The notes beneath the pieces were generated by a model, which was not told the DNA's origin, did not search any database, and was given only the letters and a program-made list of their open reading frames with translations. A stretch of 64,000 bases of DNA from Microcoleus sp. (lineage in GTDB: Bacteria > Cyanobacteriota > Cyanobacteriia > Cyanobacteriales > Microcoleaceae), in NCBI GenBank assembly GCA_042408215.1, contig JAYFMW010000014.1, positions 32,001 to 96,000 on the forward strand, in the 5' to 3' direction. Every line of letters begins with the position of its first letter. Position 1 is the stretch's first letter. A program made the translations under genes and the position numbers. Shown piece after piece: positions 51,944 through 63,215 of this stretch.

Positions 51944-53767
51944 ATGAAGATAGGAGCAAACTACCTTGGCAACAATCAATGCGAATTTACCGTTTGGGCA
52001 CCCACCCTTAAACAAGTAGCAGTCCAAATTACTTCCCCAGACAAACGCCTGCTCCCCATGCAACAATCCGCCGCAGGTTATTGGCAAACCACAGCTACAG
52101 ACATCCCACCCGGAACCCTTTACACCTACCAACTCGAAGGCAAAACCGACTGGCCAGATCCCGCATCAAAATATCAACCCCAAGGCGTACACTGCCCTTC
52201 CCAAGTAATAGATGAAAACGCCTTTACCTGGACAGACACAGACTGGAAAGGCGTAGTCCTAGCAGAAATGATCATCTATGAATTACACGTCGGAACCTTC
52301 ACCCAAGCAGGAACATTTGAAGCAATAATTCCCCAACTAAACCAACTCAAAGAACTGGGAATCAACGCCATAGAAATCATGCCCGTCGCCCAATTTTCCG
52401 GCGAGCGAAACTGGGGCTACGACGGCGTATATCCCTACGCCGTCCAGAACTCCTACGGCGGCCCCGAAGGCTTCAAAAAACTCATCAACGCCAGCCACAA
52501 ACAAGGCATCTCAGTAATTCTTGATGTAGTTTTCAACCACCTCGGCCCCGAAGGAAACTATCTCAGTCAATTTGCTCCTTACTTTACATCAAAATACGGC
52601 TCAATTTGGGGAGACCCCCTCAACTTCGACGACGAATACAGCGATGAAGTCCGCAACTACTTTATAGAAAACGCCCTGTACTGGTTTCGAGACTATCACA
52701 TCGACGCCCTGAGACTCGACGCAATTCAAGCAATATTTGAAGTAAGTGCCCGACCGTTTTTGCAAGAACTAACCGATGCAACCTGCGATATTTCTCAACA
52801 GCTAGGACGACCACTTTATCTAATAGCAGAAAGTGACTTAAATGATGTCCGCGTTTTGCGTTCAAAAGAACTCGGCGGTTTCGGACTAGACGCCCAGTGG
52901 TGCGACGATTTCCACCACGCACTGCACGCACTACTCACCGGAGAAAATGACCGATACTACCAAGACTTCGGCAAGTGCGAACACTTAGAAAAAGCCTTCA
53001 AAGAAAGCTTTGTTTACTCCGGCCAATACGCCCCCGACAGAAAGCGAAAACACGGCAATTCTGCCAAGGATCAACCAGCCCATCAATTCGTCGTATTTTC
53101 CCAAACCCACGACCAAATCGGCAACCGCATTTTGGGAGACAGACTGTCTAAAATAGTAGACTTTGAAGGACTCAAACTTGCCGCAGGCACTGTCTTAATT
53201 TCTCCCTACATTCCCTTTCTATTTATGGGAGAAGAATACGGAGAATCAGCACCATTTTTGTACTTCGTTTCCCACTCGGACGCTAACCTAATTGAAGCTA
53301 TCCGTAAAGACAAACAACAAGAATTTAAAATCTTTGAAGGCCGAGGGGAGTTTCAAGACCCCCAGAGTCCTGAGAGTTTCCAAAAGTGCAAGTTAAATTG
53401 GGAAAAACCAATAGAAGGCAAACATAAAATCCTCTGGGAATGGCATCAGCATTTAATTCAACTGCGGCGCACAATACCAGCCCTTAAAAAACTGGATAAA
53501 ACCAGCCTAGAAGTGTCCAGCATCGAAGCAGAAAAAATCTTATTTCTACGTCGCTGGACAGATGACAGTCAGATATTCTGCATTCTAAACTTCAACAAAC
53601 AACAGGTCGCTTTTACCGCTGCACTTCCTCAAGGCAATTGGAAAAAGATTTTAGACTCTGTTGATGCAAAATGGATGGGTGCAGGTTCAACCTTGCCTGA
53701 AAAGATAACTTCAGACCAAGAATTGACAGTCAAACCGCAGAGTTTTGCACTCTATGAATTAGAGTAA
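51944..53767 (+). CDS. treZ: Malto-oligosyltrehalose trehalohydrolase
   Basis: YELHVGTF, WGYDG, NHLGPEG, LRLDA, HDQIGNR. Confidence 0.95.
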   Translation: MKIGANYLGNNQCEFTVWAPTLKQVAVQITSPDKRLLPMQQSAAGYWQTTATDIPPGTLYTYQLEGKTDWPDPASKYQPQGVHCPSQVIDENAFTWTDTDWKGVVLAEMIIYELHVGTFTQAGTFEAIIPQLNQLKELGINAIEIMPVAQFSGERNWGYDGVYPYAVQNSYGGPEGFKKLINASHKQGISVILDVVFNHLGPEGNYLSQFAPYFTSKYGSIWGDPLNFDDEYSDEVRNYFIENALYWFRDYHIDALRLDAIQAIFEVSARPFLQELTDATCDISQQLGRPLYLIAESDLNDVRVLRSKELGGFGLDAQWCDDFHHALHALLTGENDRYYQDFGKCEHLEKAFKESFVYSGQYAPDRKRKHGNSAKDQPAHQFVVFSQTHDQIGNRILGDRLSKIVDFEGLKLAAGTVLISPYIPFLFMGEEYGESAPFLYFVSHSDANLIEAIRKDKQQEFKIFEGRGEFQDPQSPESFQKCKLNWEKPIEGKHKILWEWHQHLIQLRRTIPALKKLDKTSLEVSSIEAEKILFLRRWTDDSQIFCILNFNKQQVAFTAALPQGNWKKILDSVDAKWMGAGSTLPEKITSDQELTVKPQSFALYELE

Positions 53768-53875
53768 TTAAAACTGGAGGCAGAACCTCTATATATGCGT
53801 TCCCAGGCAGAACCCATTCCTGACAAATTCAGACTGCAACTCATAATAAATGTCGCTTTTAGGCGAATGCGAGAG

Positions 53876-54757
53876 CCCCCTAAATCCCCCTGAATAAGGG
53901 GGACTTTGAGAAATACTCTTTTCCCCCCTGAATAAGGGGTACTTTGAGAAATACTCTTTTCCCCCCCTTAATCAAGGGGTACTTTGAGAAATACTCTTTT
54001 CCCCCCTTAATCAAGGGGTACTTTGAGAAATACTCTTTTCCCCCTTAATCAAGAATACTTTGAGAAATACTCTTTTCCCCCTTAATCAAGGGGTACTTTG
54101 AGAAATACTCTTTTCCCCCTTAATCAAGGGGACTTTGAGAAATACTCTTTTCCCCCCTTAATCAAGGGGTACTTTGAGAAATACTCTTTTCCCCCTTAAT
54201 CAAGGGGTACTTTGAGAAATACTCTTTTCCCCCTTAATCAAGGGGTACTTTGAGAAATACTCTTTTCCCCCTTAATCAAGGGGTACTTTGAGAAATACTC
54301 TTTTCCCCCTTAATCAAGGGGTACTTTGAGAAATACTCTTTTCCCCCTTAATCAAGGGGTACTTTGAGAAATACTCTTTTCCCCCCTGAATAAGGGGACT
54401 TTGAGAAATACTCTTGTCCCCCCTTAATCAAGGGGTACTTTGAGAAATACTCTTTTCCCCCTTAATCAAGGGGTACTTTGAGAAATACTCTTTTCCCCCT
54501 TAATCAAGGGGTACTTTGAGAAATACTCTTTTCCCCCCTGAATAAGGGGACTTTGAGAAATACTCTTTTCCCCCTTAATCAAGGGGTACTTTGAGAAATA
54601 CTCTTTTCCCCCCTTAATCAAGGGGTACTTTGAGAAATACTCTTTTCCCCCCTTAATCAAGGGGACTTTGAGAAATACTCTTTTCCCCCCTTAATCAAGG
54701 GGACTTTGAGAAATACTCTTTTCCCCCCCTTATTAAGGGGGGTTAGGGGGGATCTAG
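53876..54757. repeat. Tandem array of 22 ~37-40-bp units inside a CCCCCTAAATCCCCC-type repeat
   Basis: Counted 22 TTTGAGAAATACTC cores, each with a CCCCTT-AATC-AAGGGG hairpin; no spacers. Confidence 0.95.
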
Positions 54758-54807
54758 ACTTCGATACAAAACATATAAAACCCGAAAAAACCAGGAGTCA
54801 AATTAAC

Positions 54808-57603
54808 ATGATGCGAATTCCCACAGCAACTTATCGGATTCAGTTTCATGCAGGTTTTAACTTTCAAGCCGCCAGACAAATCCTGAGCTATCTAGAAGAA
54901 TTAGGCGTTACTGATTTGTACGCTTCACCCATATTTAAAGCCAGAAAAGGCAGCAGTCACGGCTACGATGTAGTTGACTCAAATCAACTCAATCCCTCCT
55001 TGGGAACCTCAGAAGACTTTGAAGAACTCACACAGGAAATTCAGAACCGAAAAATGGGATGGTTGCAAGATATTGTCCCAAACCACATGGCTTACGATAC
55101 TCAAAACTTGTTGCTGTTAGACGTATTAGAACACGGGCCGGATTCCGACTATTTCGATTACTTCGATATTGAATGGAATCACGCTTACGAACACCTCAGA
55201 GGTCGAGTGCTTGCTCCGCTGCTGGGAAATTTTTATGGAGAGTGTCTAGAAAATGGCGAGATTCAATTGAAATACAGCGAAATTGGGTTGAGTATCAATT
55301 ACTACAGCTTAAGATTGCCAGTCAAAATAGAATCCTACGCTAATTTTATTAGTCATAATTTGGGACATCTCAGCAGTGAATTAGGCAGACGGCATCCAGA
55401 TTTTGTCAAGTTTTTGGGCATTCTTTATCTAATCAAAAATACTCCTTCAGAAACCAAAGGCAAAGAAAGATATGACCAGATAGCCTTTGTCAAAGCACTG
55501 CTTTGGGAACTCTACAATCAAAATCCGATTGTTCAGGAATTTATCGACGAAAATATCAACTTTTTTAACGGACAAAAAGGCAATTCTGAAAGCTTTAACC
55601 TACTGGATGATTTGCTGTCCGAGCAGTTTTACCGTCTGGCTTTTTGGAAAGTGGGTGCAGAAGAAATTAACTACCGAAGATTTTTTACTGTCAACGAACT
55701 AATTTCGGTAAAAGTCGAAGATATTAAAGTTTTCCATAAAAATCATGCTCTGATATTCGACTTGATTGCAGAGGGGAAATTTACGGGATTGAGAATTGAC
55801 CATATCGACGGACTTTACGATCCCACAGAATATTTAAAACGCCTGAGGCATCAAACCGGAGATCTTTACATCACTGTGGAAAAAATTCTCGAACACGAAG
55901 AAGAGTTGCCGTCATATTGGCCGATTGAGGGAACGAGTGGTTACGATTTTTTGAATTACGTAAACGGCGTTTTTTGTCGGTGCGATCGCGAACAGCAATT
56001 TAGCGAGATCTATCACAGATTTACTCGTCTGAGCGTCCCCTATGAACAGTTGTTTTTAGATAAAAAGAGGCTAATTCTTGAGAAGAATTTGGCGGGAGAT
56101 GTAGACAATCTAGCTCAACTTTTGAAAAATATATCTGGTCTATCTCGACAGGGAAATGACTTTACTCGCCCTGGATTGGAAAAAGCATTAGCAGCAATTT
56201 TGACGATTTTTCCAGTTTACCGAACTTACATTAATCAAGACGGCTTGAGAGAGTCCGATCGCATTTACGTCAAATATGCGATCGCCAAAGCCAAAGAACA
56301 AGTACCGCTACTGCTCAAAGAACTTAAATTTATCGAAACAGTGCTGTTGCTGGAAGAAGAAGAAACATTAACAGCCGAACAAAAAAAGCATCGGCGGCAC
56401 TTCGTCATGAAACTCCAGCAGTTGACAGGCCCTTTGATGGCCAAAGGCATTGAAGACACGCTTTTATACGTCTACTACAGACTTTTATCGCTCAACGAAG
56501 TGGGAGGAAACCCCAGTCAATTCGGCGTCTCGCTGGCAGACTTCCACGAATTCAACCAACATCAGCAAGCTGTTTGGCCTCACAAAATGAATGCTACAGC
56601 TACCCACGATACCAAACGTGGTGAAGATGTCCGCGCTCGCATTAATGTACTGTCAGAAATCCCCGATGAATGGGAACAGCAAGTCAAGTCTTGGAGAGAG
56701 TTAAATTCTTCCAAAAAAGTCAACTTACTAAATCGAATGGTTCCCGATACTAATGACGAATACTTCTTTTACCAAACCTTAATTGGCACTTTGCCTTTTG
56801 AGGAAATCGCAAATACTGACTTTATTGAGCGCCTGAAAAATTATGCCATTAAAGCCGTCCGCGAAGCGAAAGTTCACACTGCTTGGCTGAGACCGGATAA
56901 CGACTACGAGAGTGGTTTTATGACTTTTGTCGATCATGTTCTCGAACCTGGTGAACAAAATCAGTTCCTCAAGAAATTCACGCCTTTCTGGAAAAAAGTA
57001 GCTCATTACGGAATTTTCAATTCTTTATCTCAAACACTGCTGAAAATCACGGCCCCTGGTGTGCCAGACATTTATCAAGGTACGGAATTTTGGGATTTAA
57101 GCCATGTCGATCCAGATAACCGCCGTCCCGTTGATTTTGAGCGCCGAATCGAGGTGTTACGGGAGATTAAAGAGCAAGCTAAAAATGATATTTTTCAACT
57201 GATTGAAGAGTTGACATTGACGAGAGAAGATGCTAGAATTAAGTTGTTTCTGACTGCCAGAGTTCTCGAAGCGAGAAAACAGTACCTGCAAGTTTTTCAA
57301 GCAGGTAATTATCAGCCACTGGAAGTAGTTGGTACATTTAAAGAGAATATTGTCGCCTTTGCCAGAACCTACGAATATACTACAGTTATTGTAATTGCTC
57401 CCCGGTTTTTGACTGGCATCATCAAGCCGGAAGAAATGCCGGTAGGCAAAAAAGTCTGGCAAGATACTAAGCTGGAATTGTCCGAGGAAATGCCGTCGGT
57501 TTGGCAAGATGCAATTACAAATCAGATGGTAGAAAGTAACGGTCAACTGGTAATTGGTGAAGCTCTGAATTACTTTCCTTGTGCTCTGCTGATTGGTCAA
57601 TAG
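54808..57603 (+). CDS. treY: Malto-oligosyltrehalose synthase
   Basis: ATYRIQF, HGYDV, DIVPNHM, RIDHIDG, THDTKR, VDPDNRR; AGGAG RBS. Confidence 0.95.
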   Translation: MMRIPTATYRIQFHAGFNFQAARQILSYLEELGVTDLYASPIFKARKGSSHGYDVVDSNQLNPSLGTSEDFEELTQEIQNRKMGWLQDIVPNHMAYDTQNLLLLDVLEHGPDSDYFDYFDIEWNHAYEHLRGRVLAPLLGNFYGECLENGEIQLKYSEIGLSINYYSLRLPVKIESYANFISHNLGHLSSELGRRHPDFVKFLGILYLIKNTPSETKGKERYDQIAFVKALLWELYNQNPIVQEFIDENINFFNGQKGNSESFNLLDDLLSEQFYRLAFWKVGAEEINYRRFFTVNELISVKVEDIKVFHKNHALIFDLIAEGKFTGLRIDHIDGLYDPTEYLKRLRHQTGDLYITVEKILEHEEELPSYWPIEGTSGYDFLNYVNGVFCRCDREQQFSEIYHRFTRLSVPYEQLFLDKKRLILEKNLAGDVDNLAQLLKNISGLSRQGNDFTRPGLEKALAAILTIFPVYRTYINQDGLRESDRIYVKYAIAKAKEQVPLLLKELKFIETVLLLEEEETLTAEQKKHRRHFVMKLQQLTGPLMAKGIEDTLLYVYYRLLSLNEVGGNPSQFGVSLADFHEFNQHQQAVWPHKMNATATHDTKRGEDVRARINVLSEIPDEWEQQVKSWRELNSSKKVNLLNRMVPDTNDEYFFYQTLIGTLPFEEIANTDFIERLKNYAIKAVREAKVHTAWLRPDNDYESGFMTFVDHVLEPGEQNQFLKKFTPFWKKVAHYGIFNSLSQTLLKITAPGVPDIYQGTEFWDLSHVDPDNRRPVDFERRIEVLREIKEQAKNDIFQLIEELTLTREDARIKLFLTARVLEARKQYLQVFQAGNYQPLEVVGTFKENIVAFARTYEYTTVIVIAPRFLTGIIKPEEMPVGKKVWQDTKLELSEEMPSVWQDAITNQMVESNGQLVIGEALNYFPCALLIGQ

Positions 57604-58153
57604 TCAGTAGTCAGTAGTCATTAGTCATTAGTCATTAGTCATTAGATATCTCCAAAAAAGCCTGTCAAGAACAGGCATCTTGCCTGTTCCACAAGAAATA
57701 TGGTCGATGTCTATGAGTCAGTAAGCAGTAGGTCAAGGCGAACTTATAGGTACATAATTTCTAGTTATATTTTGCATCCAAAAATGCGATCGCCCCTAGC
57801 AACCAAACAAAATTTATACAACAAAGACGGCAAATACAACACAACGTATACGGTTTGCCACAATACCCCGATCGCTCAAACCCCGTACATTAGGAAGAGT
57901 AAAGAAAAGCAGTCGAAAACTATAGCGGTGCAAGCCCGACGGATGCAACCGTCCCCTAACAGGTTCGGTAAACACGCCTTCATCCCAAGGTCTAACCGCC
58001 CGCAGTATAGAGATCAGCACCCTATCGAAGACTGTATTAAAGCTGGACTCACTACCCGTACACCCCCCCAGGTGAAATCGCAGTCCTGAATAACCAGACT
58101 ATCACACAGATAGAAAACCAAAATTTTGTAGAGATTGGAGCCGGAACACCCCT

Positions 58154-60058
58154 ATGGGAAAAGTAGTTGGAATTGACCTTGGTACGACAAACTCCTGCGT
58201 CGCAGTTATGGAAGGCGGCAAACCCACCGTCATAGCCAACGCCGAAGGGGGTCGCACCACACCTTCCGTAGTAGCATTTGCCAAAAATGGCGATCAACTC
58301 GTCGGACAAATCGCCAAGCGTCAAGCCGTGATGAACGCCGAAAACACATTTTACTCAGTAAAACGGTTCATCGGGCGCCGGGTTGACGAAGTAACCCACG
58401 AAACCACAGAAGTTTCATACAAAGTCCTCAAAGTCGGCAACAGCCTCAAACTCGACTGTCCCGCCCGCGGCAAGCAATTTGCCCCTGAAGAAATTTCGGC
58501 CCAAGTCCTCCGCAAACTCGTAGAAGACGCCAGCAAATACCTCGGCGAAACTGTTACCCAAGCGGTAATTACTGTTCCCGCTTACTTCAATGACTCCCAG
58601 CGACAAGCGACTAAAGACGCTGGAAAAATTGCCGGTATTGAAGTTCTGCGGATTATTAACGAACCTACAGCAGCAGCTTTAGCTTACGGATTAGATAAAA
58701 AGAGCAACGAAACCATCCTCGTATTTGACTTAGGTGGCGGTACTTTCGACGTATCGATTCTCGAAGTTGGCGACGGCGTATTTGAAGTGTTGGCAACTTC
58801 TGGAGACACTCACCTCGGCGGTGACGACTTCGACAAAAAAATCGTCGATTTCATTGCTAACGAATTCCAAAGAGCAGAAGGAATTGACCTCCGCAAAGAC
58901 AAACAAGCACTGCAACGCCTGACGGAAGCAGCGGAAAAAGCCAAGATTGAACTGTCGAGCGTTACCCAAGCAGAAATCAACTTGCCGTTTATTACTGCGA
59001 CTCAAGACGGCCCAAAACACTTGGACACGACTTTGACGCGGGGCAAGTTTGAAGAACTGTGCTCGGATTTGATCGATCGCTCTCGCATCCCGGTAGAAAA
59101 CGCGATTCGCGATGCCAAATTAGACAAATCTGCAATTAATGAAGTTGTCTTAGTTGGTGGTTCTACACGCATTCCTGCGGTGCAAGAACTGGTCAAAAAA
59201 ATCCTCGGCAAAGACCCCAACCAAACGGTAAACCCGGATGAAGTGGTAGCAGTCGGTGCAGCAATTCAAGCTGGCGTGCTCGCAGGCGAAGTCAAAGACA
59301 TCCTGTTGCTCGACGTGACTCCGCTGTCTCTCGGCGTCGAAACCTTGGGCGGCGTGATGACCAAAATTATTCCCCGCAACACCACTATTCCTACTAAGAA
59401 GTCGGAAACTTTCTCGACTGCTGTAGACGGCCAAACTAACGTGGAAATTCACGTTTTGCAAGGCGAACGAGAACTGGCGAATGACAACAAGGATTTGGGA
59501 ACTTTCCGCTTAGATGGAGTGCCACCAGCACCTCGTGGCGTGCCTCAAATTGAAGTTACTTTCGATATCGATGCTAACGGTATTTTGAATGTAGCTGCTA
59601 AGGATAAAGGTACTGGCAAGGTGCAATCTATTAGCATTACTGGTGCTTCTACTTTGCCCAGCAATGAAGTCGATCGCATGGTGAGGGAAGCCGAATCGAA
59701 TGCGACTGCTGACAAAGAGCGTCGCGAACGGATCGATCGCAAAAACCAAGCTGATTCTCAAGCCTATCAAATCGAGAAGCAGTTGGCAGAATTGGGTGAT
59801 AAAGTTCCCCCTGCTGACAAAACTAAGATTGAAGGGCTACTCAAAGACTTGCGCGAGGCGATCGCTACCGAAGATGACGATCGCATCAAAACCTTGACAA
59901 CAGAGTTGCAGCAAGCATTCTACGCTGTCAGCAGCAACCTGTACCAGCAAGCAGGCGGCCCGACTGACGGCCCTGGCGGCTCGACTGGCGGCTCGACTGG
60001 CGGCTCCACGGTTGGTGGTGACGACGTGATTGACGCCGACTTCACAGAAGGCAAATAG
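58154..60058 (+). CDS. dnaK: Molecular chaperone DnaK
   Basis: [24 protein letters not shown]-terminal DDVIDADF. Confidence 0.98.
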   Translation: MGKVVGIDLGTTNSCVAVMEGGKPTVIANAEGGRTTPSVVAFAKNGDQLVGQIAKRQAVMNAENTFYSVKRFIGRRVDEVTHETTEVSYKVLKVGNSLKLDCPARGKQFAPEEISAQVLRKLVEDASKYLGETVTQAVITVPAYFNDSQRQATKDAGKIAGIEVLRIINEPTAAALAYGLDKKSNETILVFDLGGGTFDVSILEVGDGVFEVLATSGDTHLGGDDFDKKIVDFIANEFQRAEGIDLRKDKQALQRLTEAAEKAKIELSSVTQAEINLPFITATQDGPKHLDTTLTRGKFEELCSDLIDRSRIPVENAIRDAKLDKSAINEVVLVGGSTRIPAVQELVKKILGKDPNQTVNPDEVVAVGAAIQAGVLAGEVKDILLLDVTPLSLGVETLGGVMTKIIPRNTTIPTKKSETFSTAVDGQTNVEIHVLQGERELANDNKDLGTFRLDGVPPAPRGVPQIEVTFDIDANGILNVAAKDKGTGKVQSISITGASTLPSNEVDRMVREAESNATADKERRERIDRKNQADSQAYQIEKQLAELGDKVPPADKTKIEGLLKDLREAIATEDDDRIKTLTTELQQAFYAVSSNLYQQAGGPTDGPGGSTGGSTGGSTVGGDDVIDADFTEGK

Positions 60059-60068
60059 AAGGCAATAC

Positions 60069-60258
60069 TAAGGTGCGTCGCTTTCAGAGTCAATCTGTAA
60101 GTTCCATTGAAAATGGAACAGCGACGCACCCTACAAATTAGCTAGAAGTAGGAAACCCGGTTTTGAAGAGAAGCCGGGTTTCTCTAATAGTAAGGTGCGT
60201 CGCCTTCTATAATCTGTAAGGAAAGATAGAACATCTGGTAGCGACGCACCCTACAAAT
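60069..60258. repeat. BIME-like cluster: two GGTGCGTCGC...GCGACGCACC pairs around an AAACCCGG/CCGGGTTT hairpin
   Basis: Directly visible inverted repeats after the dnaK stop. Confidence 0.75.
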
Positions 60259-60322
60259 TATTTATAGAACCGAAAGGATGTCACCGCAATCAATATTAAT
60301 ATTGCAATCAGGAGTAATCTAA

Positions 60323-60835
60323 ATGTCTCGTTCTCCTATACAAAATTCCTCCACAAATACTCTCAGCAAATCCCATGTTGCATCCTTGCGGCGACTCCGC
60401 CGCATCAGCCATTTACTAGACAATGCAATTCCCATTCCCGGCACAAAATATCGCATTGGACTCGATCCAATCTTGGGACTTATACCGGGCGGCGGCGATT
60501 TGCTAGGCTCAATTTTTGCAGGTTATATTGTCTTCAAATCCGCTCAAATGGGAGTGCCTCAAGAGACTTTAGTACAAATGGCTGCTAACATCGTATTTGA
60601 TACAGTTGCTGGCACTGTACCGGTGGCTGGAGACTTATTGGATGTTGCTTGGAAAGCTAATGTCAAAAATATAGAATTGCTGGATGCTCATTTAGGTTCC
60701 CCCGAACAAGGCAAAAAAGCCGATTGGTTGTTTGTGGCGGCTTTGCTGTTGGGTTTGATGTTAATTGTCGGAGGTGTAATTTTCTTGAGCGTGACGCTTT
60801 TAGGGTGGCTATTTCGAGCGGTGACAGGGGGTTGA
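60323..60835 (+). CDS. DUF4112 domain protein
   Basis: LLDNAI...RIGLDPILGLIPGGGD...GDLLDVAWKAN. Confidence 0.88.
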   Translation: MSRSPIQNSSTNTLSKSHVASLRRLRRISHLLDNAIPIPGTKYRIGLDPILGLIPGGGDLLGSIFAGYIVFKSAQMGVPQETLVQMAANIVFDTVAGTVPVAGDLLDVAWKANVKNIELLDAHLGSPEQGKKADWLFVAALLLGLMLIVGGVIFLSVTLLGWLFRAVTGG

Positions 60836-60884
60836 TGTTGGATTTTAGGGTAAAAGTAATAGATTTGCGATCGCCGGCAACAAT

Positions 60885-61242
60885 TTACTGCACGCTTTCC
60901 TGATATTCAGCTAATTCCGCGGCTAAATCTGCCTCAATTTCAGGGCGGTTAGCATGATAGTAACATAGCGCTGCATAGACTTGTGCCAAGTTTAAATATA
61001 GCGGTTCTTAAGAAAGTGAGGTATGCCCTATGCCCTATGCCCTATGCCCTATGCAACTCGGGCACCTCATGTTACTGAGAAAGGCTATACGGAATTTCAT
61101 TGAGTATTTCTTCTACACTCCAGTCCTGGTTTATTCCAAACGGCAATTTGAGCGAGAGAAATTCTGCTTCCCACAATGCGGGGCCGCCCTCCACAGGTTT
61201 CGTACAGACAACCAGGGTGCTAATGTCGATCGCAGTTGACAT
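60885..61242 (-). pseudogene. DUF433 gene disrupted by a MITE and a frameshift
   Basis: MSTAIDIST...CGGRPRI...NEIPY|LNLAQVYAALCYYHANRPEIE. Confidence 0.7.
60999..61087. mobile_element. MITE with imperfect TIRs and TA target duplication
   Basis: TA-TAGCGGTTCT...AGAAAGGCTA-TA; removal restores the DUF433 reading frame. Confidence 0.7.
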
Positions 61243-61251
61243 AGTTACCTC

Positions 61252-61448
61252 TTACGCGAAACTCAAACAAGCCACAATATCCTGTTGCGTGAGATAGGGA
61301 AAATCATCAAGAATTTCTTGATAAGTCATCCCAGAAGCGAGATATTCCAACAAGTCATAAACCGTATTCTCATACCTCGAATACAAGGTTTACCACCAGG
61401 TTTACCCGGTTCGATGGTAATGATATTAGTGATATCTTGTTCTGACAT
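61252..61448 (-). pseudogene. DUF433 gene, frameshifted near 61365
   Basis: ITIEPGKPGGKPCIRGMRI then VYDLLEYLASGMTYQEILDDFPYL in another frame. Confidence 0.75.
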
Positions 61449-61895
61449 GGCACTTTTCCTTGAGCTTATATAGTCCTGGACGCACGGGTAGTCAGAAACC
61501 GGGTTTTTTGCGAGAAGACGCCTTACAGCCCGCAGAAACCGCAAAAACCCGGTTTCTTTGTCGGAGTGCGTAAGTCCCGAAAGGGATAGAGTTATAATAA
61601 CTTTTGATAATTTCTAGCATTTTATTAGTTGCTTTAATTTCCTAATTCACCTTAACTCAATCCCCCCACAGCCAACACTCGCATCAAGTCCCATCAGGGG
61701 CGTGTCAGAGCCTTTTTGGGTATCTTTTCGCCGATCGCCCCCCATCGTGCAATAATGATATGACTTGCACAAAAACTCTATTAGTAGGTAAGTCTTGCCC
61801 AGGTTACCTCTACCTATAGCGTCTCAACTGTCAACCCGTGCAAGTTCCCAATCAAATCGGCTGTTGCACTACACAATTTTTTCCTATTTTTCCTA

Positions 61896-62924
61896 ATGGC
61901 TGAAGTCCCCCAAAATCCCACAGAACTTGCAGAAGCCCTCAAAGGCTTTACCGACATTAACTTCCAATTACCCGATCCCGAAGACGAACAAATACCCGAC
62001 TTCGACTTTGACAAACAAGTTGACAATGCTTGGAAAGTGTGCGATCGCTTCGACTTACAAACCGACATCTGGCGCGGACGCATTCTCCGAACAGTCAGAG
62101 ACAGAGAAAAAAAAGGTGGCGACGGACGCGGCACCGGCTTCTTGAACTGGTTAAAAGAACGAGAAATAGGCAAAAGTCAAGCCTATTCCCTGATAGAATT
62201 AGCAAAGAGTGCCGATACTCTCATCGAGCAAGGAGATTTAGACCCAGATTCCATTAAAAACTTCAGCAAAAGAGCCTTTGTAGAAACAGCCAAATCATCC
62301 CCAGAAGTGCAGCAAATGGTAACAGATGCAGCATCAAAAGGCGATCGAATCACCAGGCGCGAAGTCAAACAACTCTCCGACGAATGGATGGCCATGAACT
62401 CAGACTTACTCCCAGAAGAAGTCAAAGAAAAAGCATCTACCGGCTCACTTCCTCCCCGCTACCTCGCTCCTTTAGTCAAAGAAATGGAGAAACTCTCCCC
62501 ATCTCACCAAACAGAAATTCAAAAAGAAGTAGCAGAAAATCCCGACTTAGATACTGTTAAACAACTAACTTCCGATGCCAAAAACTTATCTAAATATCTC
62601 GACTCAGCCGCCCAAGTGCAAGCTCTCAATCAGTCCCACTTAGACATGGAAATGGCCTTAGAAGAATCCTTACGAGTAGGCTGTTTGGGAACCACAGCCG
62701 ATGTCGTAAAACAAGCTGCACTGCTAGAACAAACAGTAGTAAAACTCTACACCATTTGGAAACGCTTAGGCAGTTTAACAGATAGATTGTATGTAGATAC
62801 AGGAGCAAGCACCCCCAATTTACGGTTGCTTTTGGGATGCTTAGACAGTCTTTCTGGAGAAAAAATCGAAGTAGATTTCGGAGATGGAGAACGCTCTATT
62901 CGCTTGCAAATTTTCAGCGAATAA
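61896..62924 (+). CDS. Hypothetical protein with a possible HTH-like segment
   Basis: 342 aa ORF; FLNWLKEREIGKSQAYSLIELA. Confidence 0.75.
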   Translation: MAEVPQNPTELAEALKGFTDINFQLPDPEDEQIPDFDFDKQVDNAWKVCDRFDLQTDIWRGRILRTVRDREKKGGDGRGTGFLNWLKEREIGKSQAYSLIELAKSADTLIEQGDLDPDSIKNFSKRAFVETAKSSPEVQQMVTDAASKGDRITRREVKQLSDEWMAMNSDLLPEEVKEKASTGSLPPRYLAPLVKEMEKLSPSHQTEIQKEVAENPDLDTVKQLTSDAKNLSKYLDSAAQVQALNQSHLDMEMALEESLRVGCLGTTADVVKQAALLEQTVVKLYTIWKRLGSLTDRLYVDTGASTPNLRLLLGCLDSLSGEKIEVDFGDGERSIRLQIFSE

Positions 62925-63215
62925 ATCCCGTAAATATCGGCGTTAATCCGCGTTCATCTGCGGTGAAAAATTTTCCACCTCCTCCAAAGATAGCGAGGAT
63001 GGAAATAACGCCGATATTTTGTAACGCAGGACACGGCAATGCCGTTTCCCTACCCCAATAATCAATCTTGAGGACAGGGCAATGCCGTTTCCCTACCTGT
63101 TATATCAAATCCGTTGGTATCGTCCTGTATTCATCTCTCTCTTCTCTTCCTCTGTGCCCTCTGCGCTCTCTGCGGTTTAATCATTCCGATGCAACCGAAA
63201 TTGATATTATCCCAT

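Noticed and set aside
53886..54740. CRISPR array (CRISPR-sized ~38-bp repeat)
   Set aside because: Units are head-to-tail with no spacers and derive from a dispersed genomic repeat
54706..54807. N-terminal extension of TreY
   Set aside because: Runs through repeat DNA; ATG at 54808/54811 has an AGGAG RBS
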